DNA of 64,000 bases, from positions 3,706 through 67,705 of the IMG/VR virus record IMGVR_UViG_3300042937_000528; one strand, 5' to 3'. This stretch comes from a virus. Lineage: Duplodnaviria; Caudoviricetes. Below the pieces are notes generated by a model. It had not been told where the DNA came from. It searched no databases and saw nothing but the letters and a program-made list of their open reading frames with translations. Of this stretch, positions 51,633 to 61,278 are shown one piece after another (the first letter of the stretch is position 1; every line of letters starts with the position of its first letter). The translations under genes and the position numbers were made by a program.

Positions 51633-52711
51633 TGGATACACAAGTAATGAATATCAGGGTATCACCCGAAGTCTTGAATACAATCATTCATGATGTTACT
51701 TACTCAGGTGAGACATTTGGGGTGTATTCATCTATGACTCAAACTTTAACAAGTGGTGTTAACAACACATCAAGTTTAACAGGTCTTACAGTTCCAATTC
51801 TTTTAACACAAAATACAATTGATTTGGGTTATTACTCTGTATTTGATGGTGCAATTTCACAAATAAATGTTGTAAACAATTTTATATTTTCATCCACAAC
51901 AGGAAATCCATTTACTTGGTATGTTTATAATACCGCAGATGTTGAGTTTAATGCCTACCTTCAGTTATCAACATATTTTTTAGATTGGGGTGATGGAACA
52001 CCATTACAACCAATTAATACGTACGCACCTAATTCTATTGTTCACACGTATAATACAAACCCAAGTGAATATACAATTACATTATCACAAAATAATCCTT
52101 GGGGAAACACAACGGTATCTAAAAATATTCAAACACCATATGTTGAAGTTCCTGATTTTAATCCAAGTGGAACTGCATACTTTACACCAAATGTTGGTTC
52201 TTGGAGTGCAACACCAATATCGTACAACTATATTTTTACTGGTGACAGTGTTAATTTAGTTGAAGACCAAGTTTCATCGGCATATGTTTCAGTACCATTT
52301 ACTGTTAGTGGATATACCGACTCAAGAATTAATGACTTGGCATTTTATGGTACACCAAAATTTAAATTATTGGTACCTGTTCAAAAGAATAATGTTGATT
52401 ATGGTATTATTACTGAAATTAATTTAGTTTATACAGCATATACAATACAGAATGTTGACTATGTTGACTATGCTGATGGAACTACAATTTTCTTTCTTCA
52501 GTCATCGGGTTTAACGGCAGATTGGATGGTACAAGAACCTTTAGTAAAAGATGAATTATTGTTGGGTGTCATTGCTCAAGCTGAAGTCCAATCCAATATA
52601 TTCATTGAACGAGGTAAAAATTCGGCGTATGAAAGAATACAAAGAATTGGTGAGGTTGATAATTTGGGAGACTTAATAAAATATGGATATTACTTTTTTA
52701 ATGTTACATAA
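51632..52711 (+). CDS. Putative virion protein with PKD-like Ig domain
   Basis: YFLDWGDGT...HTY...YTITL is a PKD signature. Confidence 0.65.
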   Translation: MDTQVMNIRVSPEVLNTIIHDVTYSGETFGVYSSMTQTLTSGVNNTSSLTGLTVPILLTQNTIDLGYYSVFDGAISQINVVNNFIFSSTTGNPFTWYVYNTADVEFNAYLQLSTYFLDWGDGTPLQPINTYAPNSIVHTYNTNPSEYTITLSQNNPWGNTTVSKNIQTPYVEVPDFNPSGTAYFTPNVGSWSATPISYNYIFTGDSVNLVEDQVSSAYVSVPFTVSGYTDSRINDLAFYGTPKFKLLVPVQKNNVDYGIITEINLVYTAYTIQNVDYVDYADGTTIFFLQSSGLTADWMVQEPLVKDELLLGVIAQAEVQSNIFIERGKNSAYERIQRIGEVDNLGDLIKYGYYFFNVT

Positions 52712-52725
52712 AAAAATAAAAATGG

Positions 52726-52732
52726 TATTTAT
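52726..52732 (+). promoter_or_regulatory. TATTTAT motif
   Basis: 22 nt before ATG 52755. Confidence 0.5.
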
Positions 52733-52754
52733 TACTAATAGATAAAATAAAAAA

Positions 52755-53663
52755 ATGGCTACAGGAACCTATGGTACAATAAGACCGGCAGATGTATCAC
52801 CCGAAGACGTAAGTATCGTCATGAATTATACACCATCAAGAGATGTAACGGACAATTTTGTTCTAACCACTTTGGATGCAACAACAATATTAAGACCTTA
52901 TTTTAATAATGCTGCAACTGGCGGAAACTCAAATGAAATCTTGGGTGGTTTATACAATCTTAGATTACCTGCAGAAACATTCACTCAATTAGGTATCTAC
53001 ACTCTTTATATAAGACCAGCGGAAATTAGAACAAGTATTACTGATTGTGGTGTGTTATCAGCATTACCAAACGTTAAAGGAATTGTAATTGATTTAAGTA
53101 ACGTACCAAGTCAATATGTTAATAAATTTGTTGCTCAAGGACTTGTTGGATTTAGAATTGAATATTTAAACTCTGATGGTAGTAAAATACCTAACTTCTT
53201 TAGGATTGTTACTTCAAATTTTTATTGTGAGCCTGTTATTCAAAATTTAACTAATACTTTACAAAAGGCTGTTAGATATAGATATACTGAAGGTCAAACT
53301 AATTTGGTGTTTTGTACTTTATCACCAAGTTCATCACCAACAAACAAACCAAACGCCACACCATATATTGGACAACCAGCTCAGAGTATTGTATTATCAA
53401 ATACTTACTTCAATCCATTAATGTTAGAGGTTCAAGTTTCTGAATATGACATTGATACATTGGGTATTGCTCTTTATGGTAATCAAACTAAATCTATGGA
53501 GGATGGTATCTACACTATCTATGATGCTCAAAACAACATCTATCAACAATTTAACTTGTATGAAATTAAAGATGACTTTAATAACTTGTTGTATGAGGTT
53601 AAAGATAATAGAGGTACTAATATTGACTTCAGTAAAAGTTATCAAAATATTACAGCTCAATAA
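52755..53663 (+). CDS. Putative virion protein
   Basis: 302-aa ORF, GLYNLRLP...GIYTLYIRP. Confidence 0.6.
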   Translation: MATGTYGTIRPADVSPEDVSIVMNYTPSRDVTDNFVLTTLDATTILRPYFNNAATGGNSNEILGGLYNLRLPAETFTQLGIYTLYIRPAEIRTSITDCGVLSALPNVKGIVIDLSNVPSQYVNKFVAQGLVGFRIEYLNSDGSKIPNFFRIVTSNFYCEPVIQNLTNTLQKAVRYRYTEGQTNLVFCTLSPSSSPTNKPNATPYIGQPAQSIVLSNTYFNPLMLEVQVSEYDIDTLGIALYGNQTKSMEDGIYTIYDAQNNIYQQFNLYEIKDDFNNLLYEVKDNRGTNIDFSKSYQNITAQ

Positions 53664-56620
53664 TGGCTAAAACATTCATACCTAACACAGCGGCTTCAGG
53701 TGCCGGAACTCCCTTTGATAATATCGTAGGGTTACAGACTGTGCAAGGTGGTGGATTGACACAAGGAAATTTTGAATTTGATTTAGGACTTTCAGAAAAA
53801 ACAAATAGAACATTTAACATTGGAACGTTTCAAAATCCTGTTTCTCTACAAGATTTAGATTTAGATTCAATAAATGCTTCAAGAGAGTTATTAGCAAAGG
53901 AATATAGAGTTTATCCAAATTATGATTTATCAGTTGTAACTAATTTTACAATATTTGGTTCGTTACAAAAAAGATTTGAAGTATCAATACAAAAAATATT
54001 AAACTTCTTTCCTGCGGCAATTGAAGTTGATGCAATCTATTATGATTTCACATCAGGATTAACTGCGGAAAATATCGTATATAGTCCTGTACCAAATGAA
54101 ACTGAATTTACGATTGATGCAACAAGGATTAAAAACCCATTCAACATTGATTATTCTGTTAATTCTATAATTAATCTTCAAAATAGAGAACAACAATTTT
54201 CACCAATTAGGGATTTAACAAATAGATACCGAGATTATAGTTTGTTTGTAAATGGTAATGAATACCCAATTATTGATTTAGACCCAACAGATAGTTTATA
54301 TTCAGGTAATCTTAAAATTATCGTTACTGGACAACCATTCATTAGTGTTACATCAACGGTAGATTCAATCTATATTAAACCAAACACATATTATACTGAA
54401 AAAGGATTTTCGGAAGATTTTGATGAGGTTGAAAAGTTTTTATTAAATAGATTGGCGACACCACCATATACGGCAACATTTAATGTTCCTGTTGAAACTG
54501 ATTCTGGTGTTGTATCAATACAAACATCTACATTAACTTGGCCTAAAGACGGTCTTTGGAATTTAGATATTAGAACTCCATTATTTACGACCTATCTTGA
54601 AAAGTTAAATGAAATCGCAATTAATTTTGATTCATTCAAGACAAACTTAATTACCCGTTTCTTAACAACAGAATCATTTTTAGAATTTGACACGCCAGAC
54701 CATAGAGTTGCTAAAGTATTACAAATATACGGAAGAAGTTTTGACCAAGTAAAACAATTCATTGATGCCTTAGCGTACATGAATTCTGTTAACTACACGC
54801 CAGGGAATGATATACCATCAATGTTATTGAAAAATTTAGCACAAACATTAGGATGGAGTACAAACATATCACCAATTACAAATGAAAACTTTTTAGATTC
54901 GGTATACTCGTCAACAGGTGTTACACAATACGCTGGTTTTTCAAGAGAACTTACACCTTCAGAATTAAATTATCAATTTTATAGAAACTTAATATTAAAC
55001 TCAGCATATCTTTTTAAATCCAAAGGTACGAGACGTTCAGTTGAGTTTACATTAAGATTGGTTGGAGCTCCTGAAGCGTTGGTTGAATTTAATGAACACG
55101 TTTATGTTGCCGACCAAAGAATCAATATGAGACAATTTGGTGAGCAGTACGCTCAAATTACTGGCGGTACATATATTGAAAATACAACAGCGTTAGCAAC
55201 GGGTAATACCTTTTCAATTTACGGTCAAACATACACAGCATTTACATCATCAACACAAACTTTTTTTGTGGGTGAAACAATTGATGATTATCCCGTTGAT
55301 GAATTTGGTTATCCAAGAGCACCAATTGAAACTTCTGATTATTATTTTGAAAAAGGTGCAGGATGGTTTGAATCAACACCACAACACAGAAGTCCACAAA
55401 TTGTAAATCAAACCACATCGGTTTTTACAGGTAATAGCCCAAATGTTCAAACAACATTACAACCTTTTACTTACGGACAAGAATATTTTGATAGATTCAG
55501 AAATTTCCCATATATGAATTTGGGTTATAACTTGAAACTTGTTCCTGACAATAAAAAAAGTTGGCAACCACCAACATTCAGAGTTAGTGTTGAATCGGGG
55601 TACAATGCGTATTACGTGGTTTCAGATGACAGATTAGTTCTTAATGCCAAAAATGTTGATTTGTTTATGAACCCTGGTCAAGGTATTCTTTATAATGTTT
55701 GGTCAATGTCCAAGAATTATAATTACCCAATTCCTAATGCAGGAATGACATCGCCATACCCAAGTTTAGGAACGTATGATTGGACATATATTAATCCTGA
55801 AGCAAACAAAAAAACATTTTTTGAATTTGCTCAAACATTTGTTAACAATACAATTAATATTAGAGATAGGTGGTATTCAACAGATGGTAAAACAGGTGGA
55901 TATCCAACACTATTAAATATTTTTTACAATTACCTTCTTTCTGAAGAAAATGTTGGAATTCCAAATGATAATTTTACATATCAAAAATTAATTGAGTATG
56001 TTGATGGTCTTGGTCCATATTGGATTAGATTAACACAACAAATGATTCCAGCCTCTACAATATGGAATACTGGTACCCGTTTAGAAAACTCGGCATTACA
56101 AAGACAAAAATATGTTTATAGAAGACAAAGAGGTTGTCAATTAGTACCAATTGAAAATGACCCATGTTTAGTAACAAGTCAACTATTCTCTTTTGATTGT
56201 ACCAAACAAAGTGCAACATGTTCAATATACCCTTGGATTGGAGCAAATCCTGGTGATGTTACGTCATTCTCAGAAATACTATATAACGTATTATATAATT
56301 ACTTAGATACACAAGGTTATCTCCTTTCAGATTGTAACGCAAACTCATTGTATTCACAATGGTATGTTGATGTTAAGATTGATGGTACAACTGTAATACA
56401 AAATAAATTTTTTGATGGTTATGGAACAGGACAAGTCCCAACAAATAACCAATGGAAGACAGCACTTATTTTAAATTTACAACAATTAGTTAATTATGGT
56501 TATTTCTTTTATGTGAACGGTAATGAGGTTACAATATATAACTTGACATGTGCTTCAAGTTCAGAACCAATTACTTTACAAATAAACGTGGGGGTTAATA
56601 TAGACATTAGTTGTCAGTAA
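53663..56620 (+). CDS. Baseplate wedge protein, gp7 / P2 gpI-like
   Basis: LLKNLAQTLGW...YLFKSKGTRRSVEFTLRLVG and QMIPAST motifs typical of gpI/gp7-type proteins. Confidence 0.65.
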   Translation: MAKTFIPNTAASGAGTPFDNIVGLQTVQGGGLTQGNFEFDLGLSEKTNRTFNIGTFQNPVSLQDLDLDSINASRELLAKEYRVYPNYDLSVVTNFTIFGSLQKRFEVSIQKILNFFPAAIEVDAIYYDFTSGLTAENIVYSPVPNETEFTIDATRIKNPFNIDYSVNSIINLQNREQQFSPIRDLTNRYRDYSLFVNGNEYPIIDLDPTDSLYSGNLKIIVTGQPFISVTSTVDSIYIKPNTYYTEKGFSEDFDEVEKFLLNRLATPPYTATFNVPVETDSGVVSIQTSTLTWPKDGLWNLDIRTPLFTTYLEKLNEIAINFDSFKTNLITRFLTTESFLEFDTPDHRVAKVLQIYGRSFDQVKQFIDALAYMNSVNYTPGNDIPSMLLKNLAQTLGWSTNISPITNENFLDSVYSSTGVTQYAGFSRELTPSELNYQFYRNLILNSAYLFKSKGTRRSVEFTLRLVGAPEALVEFNEHVYVADQRINMRQFGEQYAQITGGTYIENTTALATGNTFSIYGQTYTAFTSSTQTFFVGETIDDYPVDEFGYPRAPIETSDYYFEKGAGWFESTPQHRSPQIVNQTTSVFTGNSPNVQTTLQPFTYGQEYFDRFRNFPYMNLGYNLKLVPDNKKSWQPPTFRVSVESGYNAYYVVSDDRLVLNAKNVDLFMNPGQGILYNVWSMSKNYNYPIPNAGMTSPYPSLGTYDWTYINPEANKKTFFEFAQTFVNNTINIRDRWYSTDGKTGGYPTLLNIFYNYLLSEENVGIPNDNFTYQKLIEYVDGLGPYWIRLTQQMIPASTIWNTGTRLENSALQRQKYVYRRQRGCQLVPIENDPCLVTSQLFSFDCTKQSATCSIYPWIGANPGDVTSFSEILYNVLYNYLDTQGYLLSDCNANSLYSQWYVDVKIDGTTVIQNKFFDGYGTGQVPTNNQWKTALILNLQQLVNYGYFFYVNGNEVTIYNLTCASSSEPITLQINVGVNIDISCQ

Positions 56621-56647
56621 ACTACCTTATAATAATATTTAATAGTT

Positions 56648-59527
56648 ATGGCGTTAGTAGATAAATTATTTCAAAATTGTTTCAATTATACAGGAGATAC
56701 AATTTATAAAACATTTACTATTGATGATGCGAGTGGATGGACTGTAAACCAAAGCTATGTTATTTATAGCGGTGATGGTGCGTGTTATGCTTATATTTCA
56801 AGTGCTGGTGGTATTCCGAGTTCAACATACCTATCACCTGACGCGACAAATGCTGGTGGTGCTTGTAATTCGTCAACAGGATGTCCGTCAGTTAACACCA
56901 ATATGTACCCATACAATTTGTTTTACACATTTTCGGCATGTTGCGATGGTTCAACATTTAGTTTCAGACGTGGTGATATTGAATTAGGTTCCGATTATGT
57001 TAATGGTACAACAATGTTCCTTAACTATGTTGGAACTGGTGGAACTTTTAATGGTTGTGCAACAGTAATTACTGGATACACAGGGTCAACAATATATACC
57101 GACAATAATTGTGTTTTTAGTTATCTATCAACATTTTCAGATTGTCCCGATTGTGAAACATATTCGCCTTGCCCAACAACTCCAACACCAACACCAACAA
57201 TTACGCCAACACCAACAATTACGCCAACGGAACTACCACCAACTCCAACACCAACACCAACAATTACGCCAACACCAACAATTACGCCAACGGAACTACC
57301 ACCAACTCCAACACCAACACCAACAATTACGCCAACACCAACAATTACGCCAACACCAACAATTACGCCAACACCAACAATTACGCCAACGGAACTACCA
57401 CCAACTCCAACACCATCATCATCACCATATAATAATGGTAATACATTTGCATATACCCTAACAGTTACGGGTGCTTGTGAAACAGGGTTGGGTTCGGCAT
57501 TGATTACGGCTAGTGGGGGAACACCACCATATACTTTTGATTGGTATTATCCAAACTTAGGTACGGGTGATTACAAAACAAATTTACCTGCGGGAACTTA
57601 CTATGTTAGAGCAAATGACTCTACAGCACCTACAAATAACGAATTTTATATTAACGTTGTTATTGGTTCGGGGTTGACAATTGGATTTCAAACTGAAGTT
57701 GCAACAACATGTGGTTTAGATAATGGTTCATTGACGGTAACCGCAACATCAAGTTGTGATGTTATCAATTATTATTTATATTCCGCTTATGGATTTGTTG
57801 ATTCACAAACAAGTTCAACAAATATTGGAACTTTTAATAATTTATCCGCTGGAACTTATTCAGTAACAGCTGTTGATTGTGCTGGTTGTTCAGGAACTTC
57901 TGAAACGTGTATAATCTATTCATCTAATACGCTTGATTACGGATTTTATATTGTAAATGATACTCAATGTGCTAGTCCAACAGGAAAAGTTTATGTTACA
58001 GGAGTTACGGGTAATGCTCCGTTTACTTATGAATGGTCTAATGGTGTTACAGGTGATACTATTACGGGTCTTACTGCTGGCGGTTATGGGGTTACAGTAA
58101 CTTCATCGGATGGTTGTGTATTATCACAAGTGGCCACAGTAGATTTTGTCCCAAGTATTGGGTTAGGTTCATGGACTGCGGTTACACCTTCTTGTTTTGT
58201 TGCCGATGGTTCACTTACGTTAACTATAACTGGAGGAACTGGACCTTACTATTATTCGGGTTCAAATGGTACAGTTGCAATTACCTATGCAACATCATAT
58301 GTTTTTTCGGGATTATCTTCAGGACCATTCTCGGTGGATATTACTGATGCTGCTTTATGTAAAGCAACATTTTCAACAGTTTTACAAACGCCAAACACTT
58401 TTAATAGTTTATCTGTTACTCAAACTAACTCTACATGTAGTAGTAGTGATGGTAAAATATCAATTACTTTAGACGGTGGTGAAATTCCATACACATATAC
58501 TTTAGTTTATCCCGATTCATCAGTAGTCAATGCAGTTTCAAACTCAACTGCTTATGATTTTGTTAATTTAGAAAGTGGAACTTATACTGTTTATGTTTCT
58601 GATAGTACTAGTTGTTTATATCAACAAGAAATAACTATTATTGCCCAAAATCTTTACACTGTAACAACATCAAGTTCAGGTTCAACTTGTAATTTAAATA
58701 ACGGTACTGTTACACTCACATTATCAACAGGTGGTACGGCACCATATACCTACCAATTAAGTAATGGTCAGTCGGTTAACACTAGTTTTAGTGCGGCAAC
58801 CTTTGATGGATTGGGAACTGGTACCTATGGTTATACTGTGACTGACACAACAGGTTGTGTTCAAACAGGAAATGTTACCGTATCATACGGTACACCATTA
58901 CAATATTCTTTATATCCAACAAGTTGTGGAACTGGTTCAGGTGGTACAATAACGGCATTAATTAGTTCAGGTACACCACCTTTTACATTTACTTGGTCCA
59001 ATAATATTAGTGGTAATCCACAAAATATAACGGTAACAGGTCTTACGGGTGGAACTTACAGTTTAACAATTGTTGATGATAATGGATGTGTTCAAACAAG
59101 GAGTACTATTATAAGTTGTACGGCAATTGAATCAACATATCAAATTTACACAATGTGTGAAAAAGAATTTCAATATACTTCGGGAACAGAGAGAGGTATT
59201 CTTCAAATGTTAAATGAAGGTTATTATGATATTATATCTGGACACACCAATTGTTTATTAAGTGCAGCAACTTTTGTTGCTCAAGTAGAGGTTAGTGGAG
59301 TGACATATACAGATTCTTTTTATACGGGTACAACATTATTAGATATTCCAACCAATCAACAATGGTACGATGCGGTTGAAACAATTTTATTATCAATACC
59401 CGGTGTTAGTAGTGTTACGATAGATACTACAACAAGTGTGGTAACAATATCTACAGAAGGTGGATTGGCAAATCAACAAATTGTAATTGACCTAATAATC
59501 CAATATGATATTAATTGTGTGAGTTAA
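56648..59527 (+). CDS. Fibre/adhesin-like protein with SprB-type repeats and a Thr-Pro linker
   Basis: Repeated C...G.ITV..TGGT.PYTY.W...GL.AGTY.VTVTD..GC units; PT tract; Cys-rich N-terminus. Confidence 0.75.
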   Translation: MALVDKLFQNCFNYTGDTIYKTFTIDDASGWTVNQSYVIYSGDGACYAYISSAGGIPSSTYLSPDATNAGGACNSSTGCPSVNTNMYPYNLFYTFSACCDGSTFSFRRGDIELGSDYVNGTTMFLNYVGTGGTFNGCATVITGYTGSTIYTDNNCVFSYLSTFSDCPDCETYSPCPTTPTPTPTITPTPTITPTELPPTPTPTPTITPTPTITPTELPPTPTPTPTITPTPTITPTPTITPTPTITPTELPPTPTPSSSPYNNGNTFAYTLTVTGACETGLGSALITASGGTPPYTFDWYYPNLGTGDYKTNLPAGTYYVRANDSTAPTNNEFYINVVIGSGLTIGFQTEVATTCGLDNGSLTVTATSSCDVINYYLYSAYGFVDSQTSSTNIGTFNNLSAGTYSVTAVDCAGCSGTSETCIIYSSNTLDYGFYIVNDTQCASPTGKVYVTGVTGNAPFTYEWSNGVTGDTITGLTAGGYGVTVTSSDGCVLSQVATVDFVPSIGLGSWTAVTPSCFVADGSLTLTITGGTGPYYYSGSNGTVAITYATSYVFSGLSSGPFSVDITDAALCKATFSTVLQTPNTFNSLSVTQTNSTCSSSDGKISITLDGGEIPYTYTLVYPDSSVVNAVSNSTAYDFVNLESGTYTVYVSDSTSCLYQQEITIIAQNLYTVTTSSSGSTCNLNNGTVTLTLSTGGTAPYTYQLSNGQSVNTSFSAATFDGLGTGTYGYTVTDTTGCVQTGNVTVSYGTPLQYSLYPTSCGTGSGGTITALISSGTPPFTFTWSNNISGNPQNITVTGLTGGTYSLTIVDDNGCVQTRSTIISCTAIESTYQIYTMCEKEFQYTSGTERGILQMLNEGYYDIISGHTNCLLSAATFVAQVEVSGVTYTDSFYTGTTLLDIPTNQQWYDAVETILLSIPGVSSVTIDTTTSVVTISTEGGLANQQIVIDLIIQYDINCVS
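57173..57415 (+). repeat. Coding tandem repeat (63-nt unit [21 protein letters not shown] with 18-nt subunits)
   Basis: Nucleotide-identical ACACCAACAATTACGCCA units; the third copy has two extra subunits. Confidence 0.9.
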
Positions 59528-59528
59528 T

Positions 59529-59849
59529 ATGGCAATGATAGAAATCATATCAATAACAGGTACATCACCATATCAGGTGTATGTTTCTGATGTTTATGGT
59601 AATAATGAATATTTTGTTGGAACAATTAGTGGAGCGGTTCCACCTACTGAAAATTTTTATCTTCCCACAATATTTGATAATGCGCCTGCAATCATGTTAA
59701 AAATAACTGACGCTAATGGGTGTTCAAAATTTAAAATTCTTGAATGTAGATATGGTTGCGGATTTACAATTCAAATCGTTGCAAGTGATTGTATTTTTAC
59801 AATTGCCTTGGACAATCCTGATTGTATTTTTGATACAATTGTAATTTAA
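59529..59849 (+). CDS. Small virion accessory protein
   Basis: ITGTSPY...LKITDANGC resembles a single SprB-like unit. Confidence 0.55.
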   Translation: MAMIEIISITGTSPYQVYVSDVYGNNEYFVGTISGAVPPTENFYLPTIFDNAPAIMLKITDANGCSKFKILECRYGCGFTIQIVASDCIFTIALDNPDCIFDTIVI

Positions 59850-59895
59850 GTTTATAGAAAAAAAAAATATTATTTTATAAACTACAATGTCATTG

Positions 59896-59902
59896 TATTT
59901 AT
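59896..59902 (+). promoter_or_regulatory. TATTTAT motif
   Basis: 19 nt before ATG 59922. Confidence 0.5.
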
Positions 59903-59921
59903 TAAGAAATAAAATAATAGA

Positions 59922-61247
59922 ATGGGGCAAATTTATGATATTATCGTAGTTAATGAGGCTAGTGGATGTCTTAATGCGGTAACTAATCAATACACCATTA
60001 CAGGTTGTAATCAGAACATTATTGTTAGGTTTGATGGTATTAACAATGCTGTTGGTCCATTTGATATTTATGTTGGTTCTACAGGAACTACTGCTGTATA
60101 TACTGGAGTTACAAGGACCGAAATGATTTATGGTGTTGTATTAACGTTATCAGATTCAGGTGCGGGATGTACACCAACACCAACACCAACAGTTACACCA
60201 ACACCAACTCCTACTGACCCAATGACTGGAGTTACCACAACACCAAGTCCTACACCAACAATAACACCAACTAACACTCAGACACCGAGTGTAACACCAA
60301 CAAATACTAATACACCTACTAATACTCAAACACAAACACCAACTAATACTACAACGCCTACACCAAGTGTTACACCAACTAATACTCAAACACCAACTGT
60401 AACACCAACTAACACTATAACACAAACACCTACAAATACTCAAACACCTACAAATACTAAAACACCAACTGTAACACCAACAAATACACCAACTAACACT
60501 GCAACACCAACCCAAACACCAACTAATACTCAAACACCGACTAATACGGCAAGTAATACTGCAACACCTACACCAACTAATACAGAAACACCAACTAATA
60601 CACCAACATTAACACAAACACCAACACCGACTAATGTTCCATTTAGTGCATACATTTTCCCTGAACCACAAGATTCAACATCACAAGGTGATATAGGTTT
60701 ATGGACAAGTAACGCTGGTGGTAACTACAATGGATTTACTAATAATAGTAGTGGACCCGCAGGTGGGGCAACATATGCTGCTGACATGGCAATCTATGCT
60801 CAATATCCTGGATGGTCAGGTTCAAGTGGTAATTTTATAACCAATGTTGGTACAATTAAAAATTCAATCAGACAGGCTTCAGGTACAGGGGTTGATTCAC
60901 AAGGTTGTTCTCAAAATCAATACACATTTGGTAGTATTGGTATTACAACAACAATGGTTAATCCTACAGAACAATATGTTTATACTGTTTGGGTACCATT
61001 GAATGGTGTGGGAGGTACCATGAACAATATGACATTAGATGTTGGTACAGGAGCTGCTTGTTCGGTTGGAATCATTGATAATGGTATACCTGACGCAGGA
61101 AATGCGTCAATAAATGTGACAGTGCCTGGTGGATGTGTTATTCCTGCGGGAGTTTATAGAATATTGTGGATGAATGAACTTTATTTTGTACCAACAACAC
61201 CACCATTAGGTGCGACTTTATGGATTAAGGGGGATACTAAATCTTAA
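59922..61247 (+). CDS. Mucin-like Thr/Pro-rich virion protein
   Basis: About 155-residue TPT(N/Q/V)T tract between two globular domains. Confidence 0.75.
   Translation: MGQIYDIIVVNEASGCLNAVTNQYTITGCNQNIIVRFDGINNAVGPFDIYVGSTGTTAVYTGVTRTEMIYGVVLTLSDSGAGCTPTPTPTVTPTPTPTDPMTGVTTTPSPTPTITPTNTQTPSVTPTNTNTPTNTQTQTPTNTTTPTPSVTPTNTQTPTVTPTNTITQTPTNTQTPTNTKTPTVTPTNTPTNTATPTQTPTNTQTPTNTASNTATPTPTNTETPTNTPTLTQTPTPTNVPFSAYIFPEPQDSTSQGDIGLWTSNAGGNYNGFTNNSSGPAGGATYAADMAIYAQYPGWSGSSGNFITNVGTIKNSIRQASGTGVDSQGCSQNQYTFGSIGITTTMVNPTEQYVYTVWVPLNGVGGTMNNMTLDVGTGAACSVGIIDNGIPDAGNASINVTVPGGCVIPAGVYRILWMNELYFVPTTPPLGATLWIKGDTKS
60171..60636 (+). repeat. Degenerate coding repeat ([12 protein letters not shown])
   Basis: ACACCAACT/ACACCAACA-based degenerate repeats. 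Confidence 0.85.
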
Positions 61248-61278
61248 GAATAAAATTGAATAATAATTAAATTGAAAT

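Noticed and set aside
57111-57461. Gln/His-rich and Asn/Thr-rich ORFs (57111, 57169) and the Cys/Trp ORF 60156..60533
   Set aside because: Shadow frames of the Thr-Pro repeats.
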